Position numbers and translations under genes: made by a program
The notes under the pieces: model-generated
Told to the model about the DNA's origin: nothing
The model's input: the letters and a program-made list of their open reading frames with translations, nothing else
The model's database searches: none
Part shown: piece after piece, positions 30,393 through 40,634 of the stretch
Numbering within the stretch: the first letter of the stretch is position 1
How the letters are laid out: each line of letters opens with the position of its first letter
Assembly (NCBI GenBank): GCA_041082215.1
Contig: JBDOIF010000008.1
Coordinates: 70,036 to 123,262 of the forward strand
Length of the DNA: 53,227 bases
Source of the DNA: Anaerolineae bacterium
GTDB lineage: Bacteria > Chloroflexota > Anaerolineae > B4-G1 > DUEL01
Direction: 5' to 3'

Positions 30393-31224
30393 CCTGTACT
30401 CCCGAGCCCCTGTTCCCTGCTCCCTGCCCTCCTATCAAAGCCACGACCTCTGCTGCCGCTTCCTCGATCGGCTTGGAGGTCATATCCACCACCTGCCATC
30501 CCCCACGACGGAAGATCTCCAGGGCAAGCTGCACCTCTTCTTTGACGTGGCCGGGGTCGGCGTAGCTGGTCATCGCCTTCGTCATCCGCAGCGCCCGCGT
30601 CCGCCGCAGTTGGGTCAGCCGGCCGGGCTGGACGGTCAGGCCGACGACCCGCTCCGGCGGAAGGCGGAAGAGGACGTCGGGAGGCTCCACGCCCCACACG
30701 ATGGGGACGTTCCCCACCAGCCAGCCCCGGTAGGCCAGATAGATGCTGAGGGGGGTCTTGCCCGTCCGGGAGACGCCTACCAGGACGACTTCGGCATGCT
30801 CCAGCTCCTCCACGTGCCGACCGTCGTCGTGGCGGAGGGCGAAGTCTATCGCCTCGATGCGGCGGTTGTACTCCTCCTGTCCGTAGAGGCCGGGCCGGGC
30901 CAGGGGGGAGACCTCCAGCAGATCAGTCAATCGCTCCAGAAGCGGCCCCATCAGGTCCTGGGTGTGGACATTGTGCAGGCGGGCCTCGTCGAACATCGCC
31001 TGCCGGAGCTCCGGCTGCACGAGGGTATGGACAATGAGGGCGTTCCGGCGTGCCGCCTCCTGCACGATCTCCCGCACCTGCTGGACGTTCCGCACCTCCC
31101 CGAAGCGGTGCACCTCCACCGGCTTCTCAAACTGGGTAAGGGCGGCGCGGATGACCCGCTCGGCCGTCCCGCCGGTGCCGTCGGAGACGGCGAAAACCTG
31201 ATAGAGCGCCTGCTCCTCCGCCAT
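30370..31224 (-). CDS. PPDK/PEP synthase regulatory protein (kinase/pyrophosphorylase)
   Basis: VSDGTGGTAE, RIEAIDFA..HDDG, GVSRTGKTPLS, TSKPIEEAA. Confidence 0.93.
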   Translation of the reverse strand: MAEEQALYQVFAVSDGTGGTAERVIRAALTQFEKPVEVHRFGEVRNVQQVREIVQEAARRNALIVHTLVQPELRQAMFDEARLHNVHTQDLMGPLLERLTDLLEVSPLARPGLYGQEEYNRRIEAIDFALRHDDGRHVEELEHAEVVLVGVSRTGKTPLSIYLAYRGWLVGNVPIVWGVEPPDVLFRLPPERVVGLTVQPGRLTQLRRTRALRMTKAMTSYADPGHVKEEVQLALEIFRRGGWQVVDMTSKPIEEAAAEVVALIGGQGAGNRGSGVQDEGDANP

Positions 31225-31327
31225 GGTCCGACTCCCTTTGGCCAAACGGTGCGCGGCAGGGTAATTATAACCCAATCCCCCCATTTGACGAACGAGGCTG
31301 AACTGAAATACGCCCACCTCAGCGTGC

Positions 31328-31356
31328 TTGACGCCTTCCTCCTTATGCAGTATGAT
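31328..31356 (+). promoter_or_regulatory. Putative sigma70 promoter
   Basis: TTGACG-17-TATGAT. Confidence 0.6.
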
Positions 31357-31402
31357 AATTCTGTAGGATAAGCTTCAGCTTGTCCTGCAACGGGGGCAAG
31401 AC

Positions 31403-31813
31403 GTGAAAAATGAAACCAGGCGGCAGGAACGGTGGGGGCTCGTTGCGGCCGCGCTGACGGCCTTGCTGGCGGTCGGCGGGCTGGGGTGGGGGGTGTGGCA
31501 GCAGGTCCATCGGCTGCAGGAGCTGGCAGCCGTCGAGGCGGAGCTGAGGCCCCTCCTGGCCTCTGAGCAAGAGCGCAAACAGACGCTTCTCGATGCGCTG
31601 GACCGGGCCTCCTCCCCTGACTACACCGAGGAGTGGGCGCGGGTAAACGCCGGGATGGCCCGCCCTGGTGAGGTGCGGCTGATCATCCCTCCCCTCCAGG
31701 AAACACCCGACATTCCCCCCACACCCATCCGGCCTGCCAGCCCCTCTGCTCAGCAACCCCACTCCCCCTCATTCTGGGAAAAGCTCTGGGAGCGTCTCTT
31801 TGGCGAGGATTAA
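31403..31813 (+). CDS. FtsB/DivIC-like septum formation initiator
   Basis: TM, coiled coil, EEWAR...GMARPGE motif. Confidence 0.7.
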   Translation: MKNETRRQERWGLVAAALTALLAVGGLGWGVWQQVHRLQELAAVEAELRPLLASEQERKQTLLDALDRASSPDYTEEWARVNAGMARPGEVRLIIPPLQETPDIPPTPIRPASPSAQQPHSPSFWEKLWERLFGED

Positions 31814-31815
31814 GG

Positions 31816-32883
31816 ATGGGTAGACGGGGGGGAACAGCTCGGGGTGCCCTGGCTCTCCCAGCCCGCCTGGCCGACCTGAGGGGGCTGTTACAGGCGCTGG
31901 ACTGGGACGAGCTTTCGCTGGCGGTGCAACGGGAGGCCGCCGCCCGCCTGGCCATCGTCGGCCCCGTCAACTCCGGTAAGTCCACCCTCTTTAACCTGAT
32001 CAAAGGCCATCGGGTCTCCCCTGTCACCGCTGTCCCAGGCACCACCCGGGCGCTGGTGACAGAGCGGCTGGGGCCGTTCATCCTGGTTGACACGCCGGGC
32101 TTCGGCGAAGTGGGGGGGATGGATCGGGCAGAGACCGCCCGGGAGGCCGCCAGGCGGTCCGACGTGGTCGTCTTGCTCCTGGACGCAGCGGCCGGCCTCC
32201 GCCAATCCGACTATGAAATCTACTGCTCCCTCCGGGAAACAGGCGTCCCGCTCGTGGTGGCGATCAACAAGGTTGACCTGGTCAGGCGGGACCTGCCGGC
32301 GGTTCTGGAGGACATCCGCCGCAAGCTGGGTGTGGAGGCAATCCCCGTCTCGGCCAGGACCGGCGCGGGGGTCGCGGAGCGGCTGATCCCGGCCATCATC
32401 GAAGCCCACCCCTGGATGGTCGTGGCTCTGGGGCGGGAGCTGCCCGCCTACCGACGGCAGCTCACCCGACGGCTGATCCGCAGTGCAGCAATCCTCAACG
32501 GCCTCATCGCCGCCGAGCCGGTTCCCGGGCTGGACATCCCCCTCCTTCTGGCCGGTCAGGCGCGGATGGTGCTCCGCATCGCCGCCATCTACGGCGAGTC
32601 CCTCTCCGTCCGCCACGCCCGGGAGTTGCTGGCCACTATCGCCGGGGGGGTGGGCATCCGCTTCCTGGCCGGGGAACTGGCCAAGATCGTCCCCGGCCCC
32701 GGATGGGCAGTGGCAGGAGCGGTGGCCGGATTGGGCACCTGGGCGATGGGCCAGGTGGCAGCCCTCTATTTCGAAGAAGGAAAACGCCTTACCCCCGCGC
32801 AACTTCGCGAACATTACCGGCGGCTACACCGACGTCCACGCCGGGAACTGATCGGCGGCGTGGAAGGAGAGGGAAGAACGTGA
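31816..32883 (+). CDS. Era-like GTPase with DUF697-like C-terminus
   Basis: GPVNSGKS, PGTT, DTPG, NKVD, SA; C-terminal EPVPGLDIPLL. Confidence 0.85.
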   Translation: MGRRGGTARGALALPARLADLRGLLQALDWDELSLAVQREAAARLAIVGPVNSGKSTLFNLIKGHRVSPVTAVPGTTRALVTERLGPFILVDTPGFGEVGGMDRAETAREAARRSDVVVLLLDAAAGLRQSDYEIYCSLRETGVPLVVAINKVDLVRRDLPAVLEDIRRKLGVEAIPVSARTGAGVAERLIPAIIEAHPWMVVALGRELPAYRRQLTRRLIRSAAILNGLIAAEPVPGLDIPLLLAGQARMVLRIAAIYGESLSVRHARELLATIAGGVGIRFLAGELAKIVPGPGWAVAGAVAGLGTWAMGQVAALYFEEGKRLTPAQLREHYRRLHRRPRRELIGGVEGEGRT

Positions 32884-33878
32884 AAGAGCAGTTTGTGCGA
32901 GACCTGCGGCCTGGGGACAAAGTCCTCAGCTTTTTCCTGGTGCGCCAGAAGCAACTGGAACCCTTCCGGGATCGGAGCCGGGGGCAGTTCCTCACCCTCA
33001 CCCTGGCCGACCGGACGGGGGAGATCCTCGCCCGTATCTGGGAGGACGCGCCGGCAGTGGCGGAGACCTTCGAGCAGGGCCAGGTGGTCAAGGTGCTGGG
33101 GGAGGTGGAGGAGTACCTGGACCGGTGGCAGGTCATCGTGGAAAAGATCCGCCCGGCGCAGGAGGGGGAGTACGACCTGGCCGACTTCATCCCTGCGACA
33201 GAACGGGATGTGGGAGAGATGCTGCAGGAGCTGCAGGGAGCGGTCGAAGAGATACAGAATTCCCATCTGCGGGCGTTGCTGGCCCGCTTCTTCGACGATC
33301 CCGCTTTCGTCGCCCGCTTCTCCCGCGCACCGGCCGCCCGCCGGGTCCACCACGCCTACCTGGGAGGGCTCCTGGAGCACACCGTCGAAGTGGTGGCCCT
33401 CTGCCGTTCCCTCCTCCAGCTCTACCCTCAGATCCACCGGGACCTTCTCTTCGCCGGTGCGCTGCTGCACGACATCGGCAAGGTCCGGGAGTTCCTCTAC
33501 GAGACCGACATCGCTTACTCCGACGAAGGCCGACTCCTGGGCCACGTGGTGATGTCCCTCCAGATGGTGGACCAGGCTCTGGCGCAGATGGAAGACTTCC
33601 CCGCCGACCTGGCGCTCCGGCTGCGGCACATGATCCTGAGCCATCACGGTCGGTACGAGTGGGGTTCCCCCCGTCGCCCCAAGACGCTGGAGGCGGCGGC
33701 GCTCCACTATGTGGAAAACCTGAGCGCCCAGATCAACCGGTTCCACCGCGTCATCGCCACCCGCCGCGACCCCACCCGCCCGTGGACCGACTACGACACG
33801 CTCCTGCGGCGCTACCTGTACGCGGGACGGGAGGAGGAAGAGGACCTCTCCATCGAGGAAGAAGGGCAGCTAGAATAA
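32880..33878 (+). CDS. YhaM-like OB-fold/HD 3'-5' exonuclease
   Basis: OB fold (LTLADRTGEI), HHAYLGGLLEH, LHDIGK, SHHG.YEWGSP. Confidence 0.9.
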   Translation: MKEQFVRDLRPGDKVLSFFLVRQKQLEPFRDRSRGQFLTLTLADRTGEILARIWEDAPAVAETFEQGQVVKVLGEVEEYLDRWQVIVEKIRPAQEGEYDLADFIPATERDVGEMLQELQGAVEEIQNSHLRALLARFFDDPAFVARFSRAPAARRVHHAYLGGLLEHTVEVVALCRSLLQLYPQIHRDLLFAGALLHDIGKVREFLYETDIAYSDEGRLLGHVVMSLQMVDQALAQMEDFPADLALRLRHMILSHHGRYEWGSPRRPKTLEAAALHYVENLSAQINRFHRVIATRRDPTRPWTDYDTLLRRYLYAGREEEEDLSIEEEGQLE

Positions 33879-33904
33879 GCGCTTCTACCCGGAAAGCGCC
33901 ATCC

Positions 33905-33932
33905 TTGCATTGCCGCCACGATAGGATATACT
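33905..33932 (+). promoter_or_regulatory. Putative promoter giving a leaderless transcript
   Basis: TTGCAT-16-TATACT ending 7 nt before GTG 33940; no RBS. Confidence 0.45.
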
Positions 33933-33939
33933 CCCACCC

Positions 33940-35544
33940 GTGAGCCATCGTGAATTTCTGGGAGAGCGCGTTCCTTCGATCCTTTTCGCCCACTGGCGGG
34001 GACGGCCGCTCTATGTGCTGCTGATCTATCTCTTCGGCCATCTGGTCATTGACCCGCCTGTCTTCCTGCTCACCCTCCTCTTCATTTCCTTTACCACCCG
34101 GGTGCCGGCAGACCGTTTTATCCAGCCAGTGATGGTGGTGCTGGGTGTGCTGGTGATCGGCCTCTACGTCTTCTACCACCTCTGTTCCCCCATGATCCGC
34201 CGCTTCCTGGCCGCTCTGATCGCCGGAACCCCTCCCGACCTCGGACTGGCGACGGCAGCGTGGGCGGAGGCGGTCGCCTTCCCCCAACGGGTGGTGATAC
34301 GGGTGATGGCGACCGCCCTGGTGCTCCATAGCCTGCAGGTCGTCATCTCAGCCCCCTACTTCGGCCTCTCCCTCGCGCTGGTGGGAGGGGCCGTAGCGCT
34401 CACCGCAACGGTGGCCCTCGGACAGGTCATCTATCTCTTCTACCTGGAACAAGCCGTACAGCCCGTCGTCCGGCTGGCGTTGGCCGCTGGCGCCCGACCC
34501 GGCTCCGCCGACCTGACGCGGCCCCGACTCCGGTTTCGGGCCAAACTCCTGATCTTCTCCCTCCTGATCATCGTCATCCCGGTAGCGGTGGTGGGGCTTT
34601 TCGGATACAGCCAGGTAATCACGCTGGGCGGAGACCCCCTCCTCGCCCTCGGACTGACGGGCCTGGTGGCGTTTCTCGCCAGCAGCATCGCCCTCCTGCT
34701 GGTAATCCTGCTCGTCCGCAGCGTTTCCCTCCCCATCCAGGAGATCCAGCGGGTGATCGAGGAGGTCGGACGGGGACGGCTGGACGTCTCCGTCCGCCTT
34801 CTGACGGCCGACGAACTGGGGGAGCTGGGCATCCAGGTCAATCAGATGATCGCCCAGCTCCGCCAGCAGGAGAGGCTGAAAGCGGCTTTCGGCCGGTATG
34901 TGAGCGAAGCGGTGCGGGACGGCATTCTCAGCGGCCAGATCTCCCTGGGGGGAGAGCGACGGGAGGTCACGATCCTCTTCAGCGACATCCGGGATTTCAC
35001 CGCCTGGTGCGAGCAGACGCCCCCGGAAACGGTGATCCAGACCCTGAACAGCTATTACGAAAACTTGATCAGCGCGCTGATCAAGTACGGGGGGACCATC
35101 ACCCGGTATACGGGCGATGGGGTGCTGGCGCTGTTCGGCGCACCCCTGGAGGACCCCGATCACGCGCTCCACGCCGTGCAGGCCGCCTGGGAGGCCCACA
35201 GTCTTCTGGAGAAGTTTAACGCCATCCGGCGCAGCGTAGGGGCCTTTGAGCTGCGGACCGGCTTCGGCATCCACACAGGAACGGCGGTGGTGGGGAGCAT
35301 CGGCTGCGAGGCACGGGCCGAGTACACGCCGGTGGGAGACGCGGCCAACGTGGCCAGCCGGATCGAAGGGCTGAATCGAGAGCTGGGAACGGCTATCCTG
35401 ATCTCCGACACCACCTACCGGCACGTCGCCGAACGGATCGTCGCGGGCCGGCGAACGGAGGTGCAGGTAAAGGGGCGCTCCCGTCCGGTACAGGTGGTGG
35501 AGGTCGTGGGGTTGCGGCCCGCTCCCCCAAAGGGGGAGACGTGA
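33940..35544 (+). CDS. Membrane HAMP-domain class III adenylate/guanylate cyclase
   Basis: TM segments, DELGEL HAMP, FSDIRDFT, RYTGD, GDAANVASRIE. Confidence 0.92.
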   Translation: MSHREFLGERVPSILFAHWRGRPLYVLLIYLFGHLVIDPPVFLLTLLFISFTTRVPADRFIQPVMVVLGVLVIGLYVFYHLCSPMIRRFLAALIAGTPPDLGLATAAWAEAVAFPQRVVIRVMATALVLHSLQVVISAPYFGLSLALVGGAVALTATVALGQVIYLFYLEQAVQPVVRLALAAGARPGSADLTRPRLRFRAKLLIFSLLIIVIPVAVVGLFGYSQVITLGGDPLLALGLTGLVAFLASSIALLLVILLVRSVSLPIQEIQRVIEEVGRGRLDVSVRLLTADELGELGIQVNQMIAQLRQQERLKAAFGRYVSEAVRDGILSGQISLGGERREVTILFSDIRDFTAWCEQTPPETVIQTLNSYYENLISALIKYGGTITRYTGDGVLALFGAPLEDPDHALHAVQAAWEAHSLLEKFNAIRRSVGAFELRTGFGIHTGTAVVGSIGCEARAEYTPVGDAANVASRIEGLNRELGTAILISDTTYRHVAERIVAGRRTEVQVKGRSRPVQVVEVVGLRPAPPKGET

Positions 35545-37136
35545 CAGCGGAGAGGCATCGGATCGCGCGGGCAGCCACGCTGGTGATGGCCCTCTTTATC
35601 GTCAGCCGGGCGCTGGGGCTGGCGCGGGAGATGGTCGTCGGGGCCCTGTTCGGCACAAGCGCCGCCTACGACGCCTACCTGGCCGCCGTCCGCATCCCCG
35701 ATGTCCTCTTCACCCTCATCGCCGGAGGTGCGCTGGGATCGGCCTTCATCCCCACCTTCACCGAACGGTTCGCCCGGGGGGACCCGGAGGGAGGCTGGCG
35801 GCTGGCCAGCGCGGTGATCAACCTGCTGGTGGTCGCTCTGACGGCGGCGGGAGGGCTGGCCTGGCTGGCTGCCCCCGTTCTGGTCTCCCGCCTGCTGGCC
35901 CCCGGCTTCCCATCCCCCCAGCAGGCCCTCACCGTCTCCCTGATGCGGACGATGCTGGTCGCTCCCCTCCTTTTCGGTGTAAGCGGCGTGGTGATGGGGG
36001 TCCTCAACGCCCGCCAGCACTTCCTCCTCCCGGCACTGGCTCCCAGCCTGCTCAACCTCTCCCTCATCGGTATGGCCTGGCTCCTGGCCCCCCAGATCGG
36101 AGTACGGGCGCTGGCGCTGGGGTATGTACTCGGCGCAGCGCTCCACCTCTCGGTCCAACTGCCGGGGCTGGCCCGGGTGGGAGCGCGGTATCGCCCGCTC
36201 CTGACCCTGCGTGATCCGGGGGTGCGGGAAGTGATGCGGCTGATGGCCCCCCGCGTCCTGGGGCTGGCAGCGGTGCAGCTTAACTTCGTGGTCAACACCA
36301 ATATCGCCTCCCGACTGGGAGAGGGAGCCGTCTCTGCGCTCAACTATGCGTGGTTGCTGATGCTCCTGCCCCAGGGAGTCTTCGCCCAGTCGGTGGCGAC
36401 GGCCGCCTTCCCCACCTTCGCCGAGCAGGCGGCGCGGGAGGAGCAGGAGGAGTTGCGGGGGACGCTGGCCGCCACGCTGCGGGCGGTTTTCTTCCTCTCC
36501 ATCCCGGCGGCGGTGGGGTTGCTGGCACTGGGCCGGCCACTGGTGGCGCTCCTCTTCGAGCGCGGGGCGTTTCAGGCCGCCTCGACGGAGGCGGTGGCCT
36601 GGGCGCTGGCCTTCTATGCCCTGGGACTGGTGGGCCATGCGGGGGTAGAAATCGTGGCCCGGGCCTTCTACGCCCTCCACGACACCTGGACCCCGGTGTG
36701 GGTCGGTGGGCTGGCGATGGGGCTCAACATCGCGCTGAGCCTGACGCTGCCGGCCGGCTTCGCCTGGGCGGGGCTTCCCCCCCACGCGGGGCTGGCGCTG
36801 GCCAACTCCGTCGCCACGCTGCTGGAAATGGTAGGGCTGCTGACGCTGATCCGGCCCCGGCTGGGGGGAGTGGAGGGACGGGCGCTCGGGGCGTCGGTGG
36901 GGCGCAGCGGAGCGGCCTCTGCGGCGATGGCCGGAGCGCTGCTCCTCTGGCGGAGGATCACGGAGGGGACAGGAGCGGTGGCGGTCGGCGGCGGCGGGGT
37001 TCTGCTGGGCGCCCTCGTTTATCTGACGGCTGCGGTTCTCCTGCGGGCAGACGAGCTGCGGGCAGTGACCCGACAGTTCCAGCGACGCGCCGCCCTTCGC
37101 CCCCACCCCGAAGATACAGCGGACACGGAGCTATAG
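35541..37136 (+). CDS. murJ: Lipid II flippase MurJ
   Basis: SRALGLARE, GGALGSAFIP, LPQGVF, FERGAF, RAFYALHDT.TP. Confidence 0.94.
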   Translation: MTAERHRIARAATLVMALFIVSRALGLAREMVVGALFGTSAAYDAYLAAVRIPDVLFTLIAGGALGSAFIPTFTERFARGDPEGGWRLASAVINLLVVALTAAGGLAWLAAPVLVSRLLAPGFPSPQQALTVSLMRTMLVAPLLFGVSGVVMGVLNARQHFLLPALAPSLLNLSLIGMAWLLAPQIGVRALALGYVLGAALHLSVQLPGLARVGARYRPLLTLRDPGVREVMRLMAPRVLGLAAVQLNFVVNTNIASRLGEGAVSALNYAWLLMLLPQGVFAQSVATAAFPTFAEQAAREEQEELRGTLAATLRAVFFLSIPAAVGLLALGRPLVALLFERGAFQAASTEAVAWALAFYALGLVGHAGVEIVARAFYALHDTWTPVWVGGLAMGLNIALSLTLPAGFAWAGLPPHAGLALANSVATLLEMVGLLTLIRPRLGGVEGRALGASVGRSGAASAAMAGALLLWRRITEGTGAVAVGGGGVLLGALVYLTAAVLLRADELRAVTRQFQRRAALRPHPEDTADTEL

Positions 37137-37361
37137 AGCTGGCGTCACGTCAAACGGGATTTCCTCCCCCTCCGGCGTCAACTGCCGCACCTTCAGTTCG
37201 GCCTGGTCCAGCAGCGCGCTGCAGCGAGCCGCCAGCGCCTGCCCCCGCTCGTAGAGGGCCAGGCTCTCCTCCAGCGTAAGCCCCCCCGCCTCCAGCTTAC
37301 GGACCGTCTCCTCCAGCTCGGCGAAGGCCTCCTCGAACGTCAACTCCTCGGCCTGTTTCAT
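37131..37361 (-). CDS. xseB: Exodeoxyribonuclease VII small subunit
   Basis: FEEAFAELEETVRKLE..LTLEESLALYERG. Confidence 0.93.
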   Translation of the reverse strand: MKQAEELTFEEAFAELEETVRKLEAGGLTLEESLALYERGQALAARCSALLDQAELKVRQLTPEGEEIPFDVTPAL

Positions 37362-37388
37362 TTCCCCTTGCTCCTGCGCTCCGCCGCC

Positions 37389-37964
37389 TCACCCCAGACG
37401 CGGCTTTGCCAGCACCTCCATCACCCGCAGGTCGAAGAAGGATTGGGCGTTGACAGGGGCGAGGACGACGGCGGTATCCGCCCCACGGCCGGTCCCGGCA
37501 ATGGCGATGCATGGCTCACCCACCCGGACCAGCCCCGCGTCGGCGGCCATCAAGGCGATCTCCACACAGACCTTCATCCCCTCTCCGAAGATGCGCAGGG
37601 TGTAGGCGATGATCTCATCGGTCAGGTAGGTGTTCAGCTTTCTTCGCACCGCCCGGTTGACCCCACCGAAGGCGTGCTGACAGGTGAGGATACGCCCACC
37701 GCCCGCTTCGATCGCCGCCTGGTTCTCGGGGAGAAGTTCCTGCGTGTTGGGGCTGCGAAAGCCGGTGGAATGGCTCACCACCACCACCTGAAAGCCACGG
37801 AACACCCCCACCGCCTCTACGCCGGTTGCACCGGTGGTGCTGGCGACCAGGACCGTCTTCACCCCCAGCTCCTCTGCCCGCCGGCGGGCCACCTCCAGCG
37901 TCTGCTCCGTGTTCTGCGGCCCGGGCTGCTCGAAATAAACCGTCGGAACCGTGAACATTGACAT
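37389..37964 (-). CDS. Pyruvate kinase C-terminal-like alpha/beta domain protein
   Basis: YFEQPGPQNT, VASTTGAT, GMKVCVEIALMAADAG, GTGRGADTA; GGAGGTG RBS. Confidence 0.85.
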   Translation of the reverse strand: MSMFTVPTVYFEQPGPQNTEQTLEVARRRAEELGVKTVLVASTTGATGVEAVGVFRGFQVVVVSHSTGFRSPNTQELLPENQAAIEAGGGRILTCQHAFGGVNRAVRRKLNTYLTDEIIAYTLRIFGEGMKVCVEIALMAADAGLVRVGEPCIAIAGTGRGADTAVVLAPVNAQSFFDLRVMEVLAKPRLG

Positions 37965-38032
37965 CGCCCTCACCTCCATATTCCCTTCCCTCTCCGCGTC
38001 AGTATACACCACCCTTCCATTTCCCTCAAGCC

Positions 38033-40420
38033 TCATCGCTCCGTCTCCACCCGGTACCCTCGCCCGTCGCTCACCACCTCCACCGTCCCGTCCCGGTCGG
38101 TGCGATAGACCAGCACCCCCTCCCCCAGCCGGTCCAGCATCTCCACGTGAGGATGGCGGAAGCGATTCTCGACCCCCACCGAAATCACCACCACCTCCGG
38201 ATCCACCGCCTCCAGGAAGGGTTCTGTCGTGGACCCCCCGTCCCCGTGGTGGGCCGCTCTGAGGATGGTACAATCCAGCCACGCCCCCTCCGACACCAGC
38301 CGGCCCTCCACCGCCGCGCTGATGTCTCCGGGCAACAGGAAACAGATCCCGCCGTAATCCAGCCGGAGCACCAGCGAGCGGTCGTTGGTGCTGGCATCGG
38401 TCTCATCCGGGCCAGGGTGGAGGATCGTGAGGAGCAATCCCTCATCCAGCCAGAACCGCAGCCCCGTCTCCCCCCGCCAGACCGGCGCGCCGGACCGCTC
38501 CACCACTTCCCGCCAGCGGGTGCAGAGCCGGGTGCGGCACCCCAGGTCCCGCTCGACCACTCCATCCACCCGGTATCGCTCCAGCACCGGGATCAGCCCC
38601 GCCATCACGTCGTCGTCGGGGTGGGAGAGGATCACCAGGTCGAGGCGGTGGTCCCAGAAGGGGAGGCGACGGCCCAGATGGGCCAGGAGCCGGGAGGGGC
38701 TGGGGCCGCCGTCTATCAGCACCTGACGGCCGGAGGGGGTGCGGATGAAGACGGCGTCCCCCTCCCCCACGTCCAGGAAGGCGACGTGGAGGCGGCCGTC
38801 GGGGAGGGCGCGCCAGGCGGCAGCGGTCAGGATGAGGAGGAGGGCAGAAGCAGCCAGCACCGTCCGGTCGCTCGCACGGCTGGTGAAGCTGCTCCAGACA
38901 GAGCGAACGCGGTCCCCCAACGCCGCCCGGCGGTCGGCGGGCCGGTAGAGCCACCAGGTAACCGTACCGAGCAGCCCGTAGAAGGCCCAGACCATCCACC
39001 CCTCCATCCGTCCCAGATCAACCCAGGCGTAAGGGGCGCGGGCGGTGAGGCGGACGGTCTCGATGGTGTAGGTGAGAGGGAGCCAGGCCACCCACCCCAG
39101 CAGCCGCCCGGCGGGAAGCCAGGCCAGTCCGACCACCGTTGCCAGCCCGCCCCAGATCATCACCGCTGGCTGGACGGGGAGGATGAGCAGGTTGGTGAGG
39201 AGGGTGATCAGAGAGAGGCGGTGGAAGTAGTAGAGGATGATGGGAGTGGTGGTCAATTGGGCGGCCAGAGTGACCAGCAGTGCCTCAGAGATCCAGCCGA
39301 CGGCCCGCCGGGCCTGCCTGCGGGAGGTGACGCGGCTCAGAAGCCGGACCGCGCCCCGCTCCAGGCGCTCGGTGTAGAGGATCAGGCCGACAGTGGCGGC
39401 GAAGCTGAGCTGGAAGCCCACGTCCCAGAGGACGAAAGGGTTGAGGGCGGTCATCAGGACGGCGGCCCCTGCCAGGGAGGCAGGGGCGAAGGTGGCGCGG
39501 CCCAGGCGCTTCCCCCAGAGGTAGAGGCTGCCCATAATCGCCGCCCGCACCACGGCGGCGGAGGCCCCCACGAAGAGGGTGTAGAGGACCACCCCGCCGA
39601 TGGCGATCCAGGTGGACCGCTTCTGGCCCGCCAGCCTGCGGGAGAGACTGGCGAAGATGCCGGAGATGATGGTGATGTTGAAGCCGGAGATGGCGATGAT
39701 GTGGGCGGTGCCGGTGGCGGAGAAATCCTCCATCAGGTCGGCAGGGATGGTGGACTCGATCCCCAGCAGGATGCCGGTAAGCAGGGAGGCGGCCGGTTCG
39801 TGGAGAACCGCGGCGATGACGGCCTGGGCGCGGTGCTTGAGGGCCAGGAGTCCGGCATAGAGAGGGCTGCCCTCCCCGCCGCCGATCCGGGTCGCCCGGG
39901 CCTGCCGCACCAGCGAGTACACCCCCTGCCGGGCCAGGTAGTCCCGGTAGGAAAACTCCTCCCACTCCGGCGGGGTCTCCAAAAGCCCCACCACCCGTAG
40001 CCGGTCGCCATAGGCGAAGGCGGGATAGCGGTCCACCTTCACCAGCGCCAGCCCTGTCACCTCCAGCTCCTGCCCGTCGGGCAGGATGAGCCGCTCGGCC
40101 CGAAGGCGAAGGTTGGCGTAGCCCTCCCGCTCGTCCGGCTCCGCCACAACCACCCCCTCCAGCTCCACGCGCCCGACATCGTTGTAGGTCGCAAGCGTGT
40201 GGGCGTCGAAGCGGGGGAGGGAAAGGAGCAAACGGCCCGCCCCCAGCGCCAGGGCCACCAGGCAGGCGCAGAGGAGCCGGGAGCGGCGGGAGCCCAGCCA
40301 GCCGATCAGGCCGACCAGACCCCCCAGGCCGAGGAGCAGGAGGAGCTGCCAGGGCGGGGAGAAGGCGCGAGCCAGCACGATGCCGGCCAGCCACGAAGCA
40401 GCCAGATAGACAAGGGTCAT
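38033..40420 (-). CDS. comEC: ComEC/Rec2 competence protein
   Basis: OB domain, GTAHIIAISGFN, RAAIMG, GFQLSFAAT, LDVGEGDA, HHG, HPH. Confidence 0.95.
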   Translation of the reverse strand: MTLVYLAASWLAGIVLARAFSPPWQLLLLLGLGGLVGLIGWLGSRRSRLLCACLVALALGAGRLLLSLPRFDAHTLATYNDVGRVELEGVVVAEPDEREGYANLRLRAERLILPDGQELEVTGLALVKVDRYPAFAYGDRLRVVGLLETPPEWEEFSYRDYLARQGVYSLVRQARATRIGGGEGSPLYAGLLALKHRAQAVIAAVLHEPAASLLTGILLGIESTIPADLMEDFSATGTAHIIAISGFNITIISGIFASLSRRLAGQKRSTWIAIGGVVLYTLFVGASAAVVRAAIMGSLYLWGKRLGRATFAPASLAGAAVLMTALNPFVLWDVGFQLSFAATVGLILYTERLERGAVRLLSRVTSRRQARRAVGWISEALLVTLAAQLTTTPIILYYFHRLSLITLLTNLLILPVQPAVMIWGGLATVVGLAWLPAGRLLGWVAWLPLTYTIETVRLTARAPYAWVDLGRMEGWMVWAFYGLLGTVTWWLYRPADRRAALGDRVRSVWSSFTSRASDRTVLAASALLLILTAAAWRALPDGRLHVAFLDVGEGDAVFIRTPSGRQVLIDGGPSPSRLLAHLGRRLPFWDHRLDLVILSHPDDDVMAGLIPVLERYRVDGVVERDLGCRTRLCTRWREVVERSGAPVWRGETGLRFWLDEGLLLTILHPGPDETDASTNDRSLVLRLDYGGICFLLPGDISAAVEGRLVSEGAWLDCTILRAAHHGDGGSTTEPFLEAVDPEVVVISVGVENRFRHPHVEMLDRLGEGVLVYRTDRDGTVEVVSDGRGYRVETER

Positions 40421-40634
40421 AGCGCACCTCAGCAGGCAACGTTGATGGCTCAGTGGGCCAGGTGCGACTGGCAGGGAATACTATACCACAGATCGGCGCA
40501 GAGGGGTAGGACGGCTCGCCTCCTGTCCGTACCCGTCTGGCAGGCGGGGGCAGGGCCAGACCAGGTTGCACTCCATTTTCGTTTCTGATATTATATCCGT
40601 TGCCAGGTGCTTTCGCCGGTGTCCAGGAGCCTCA

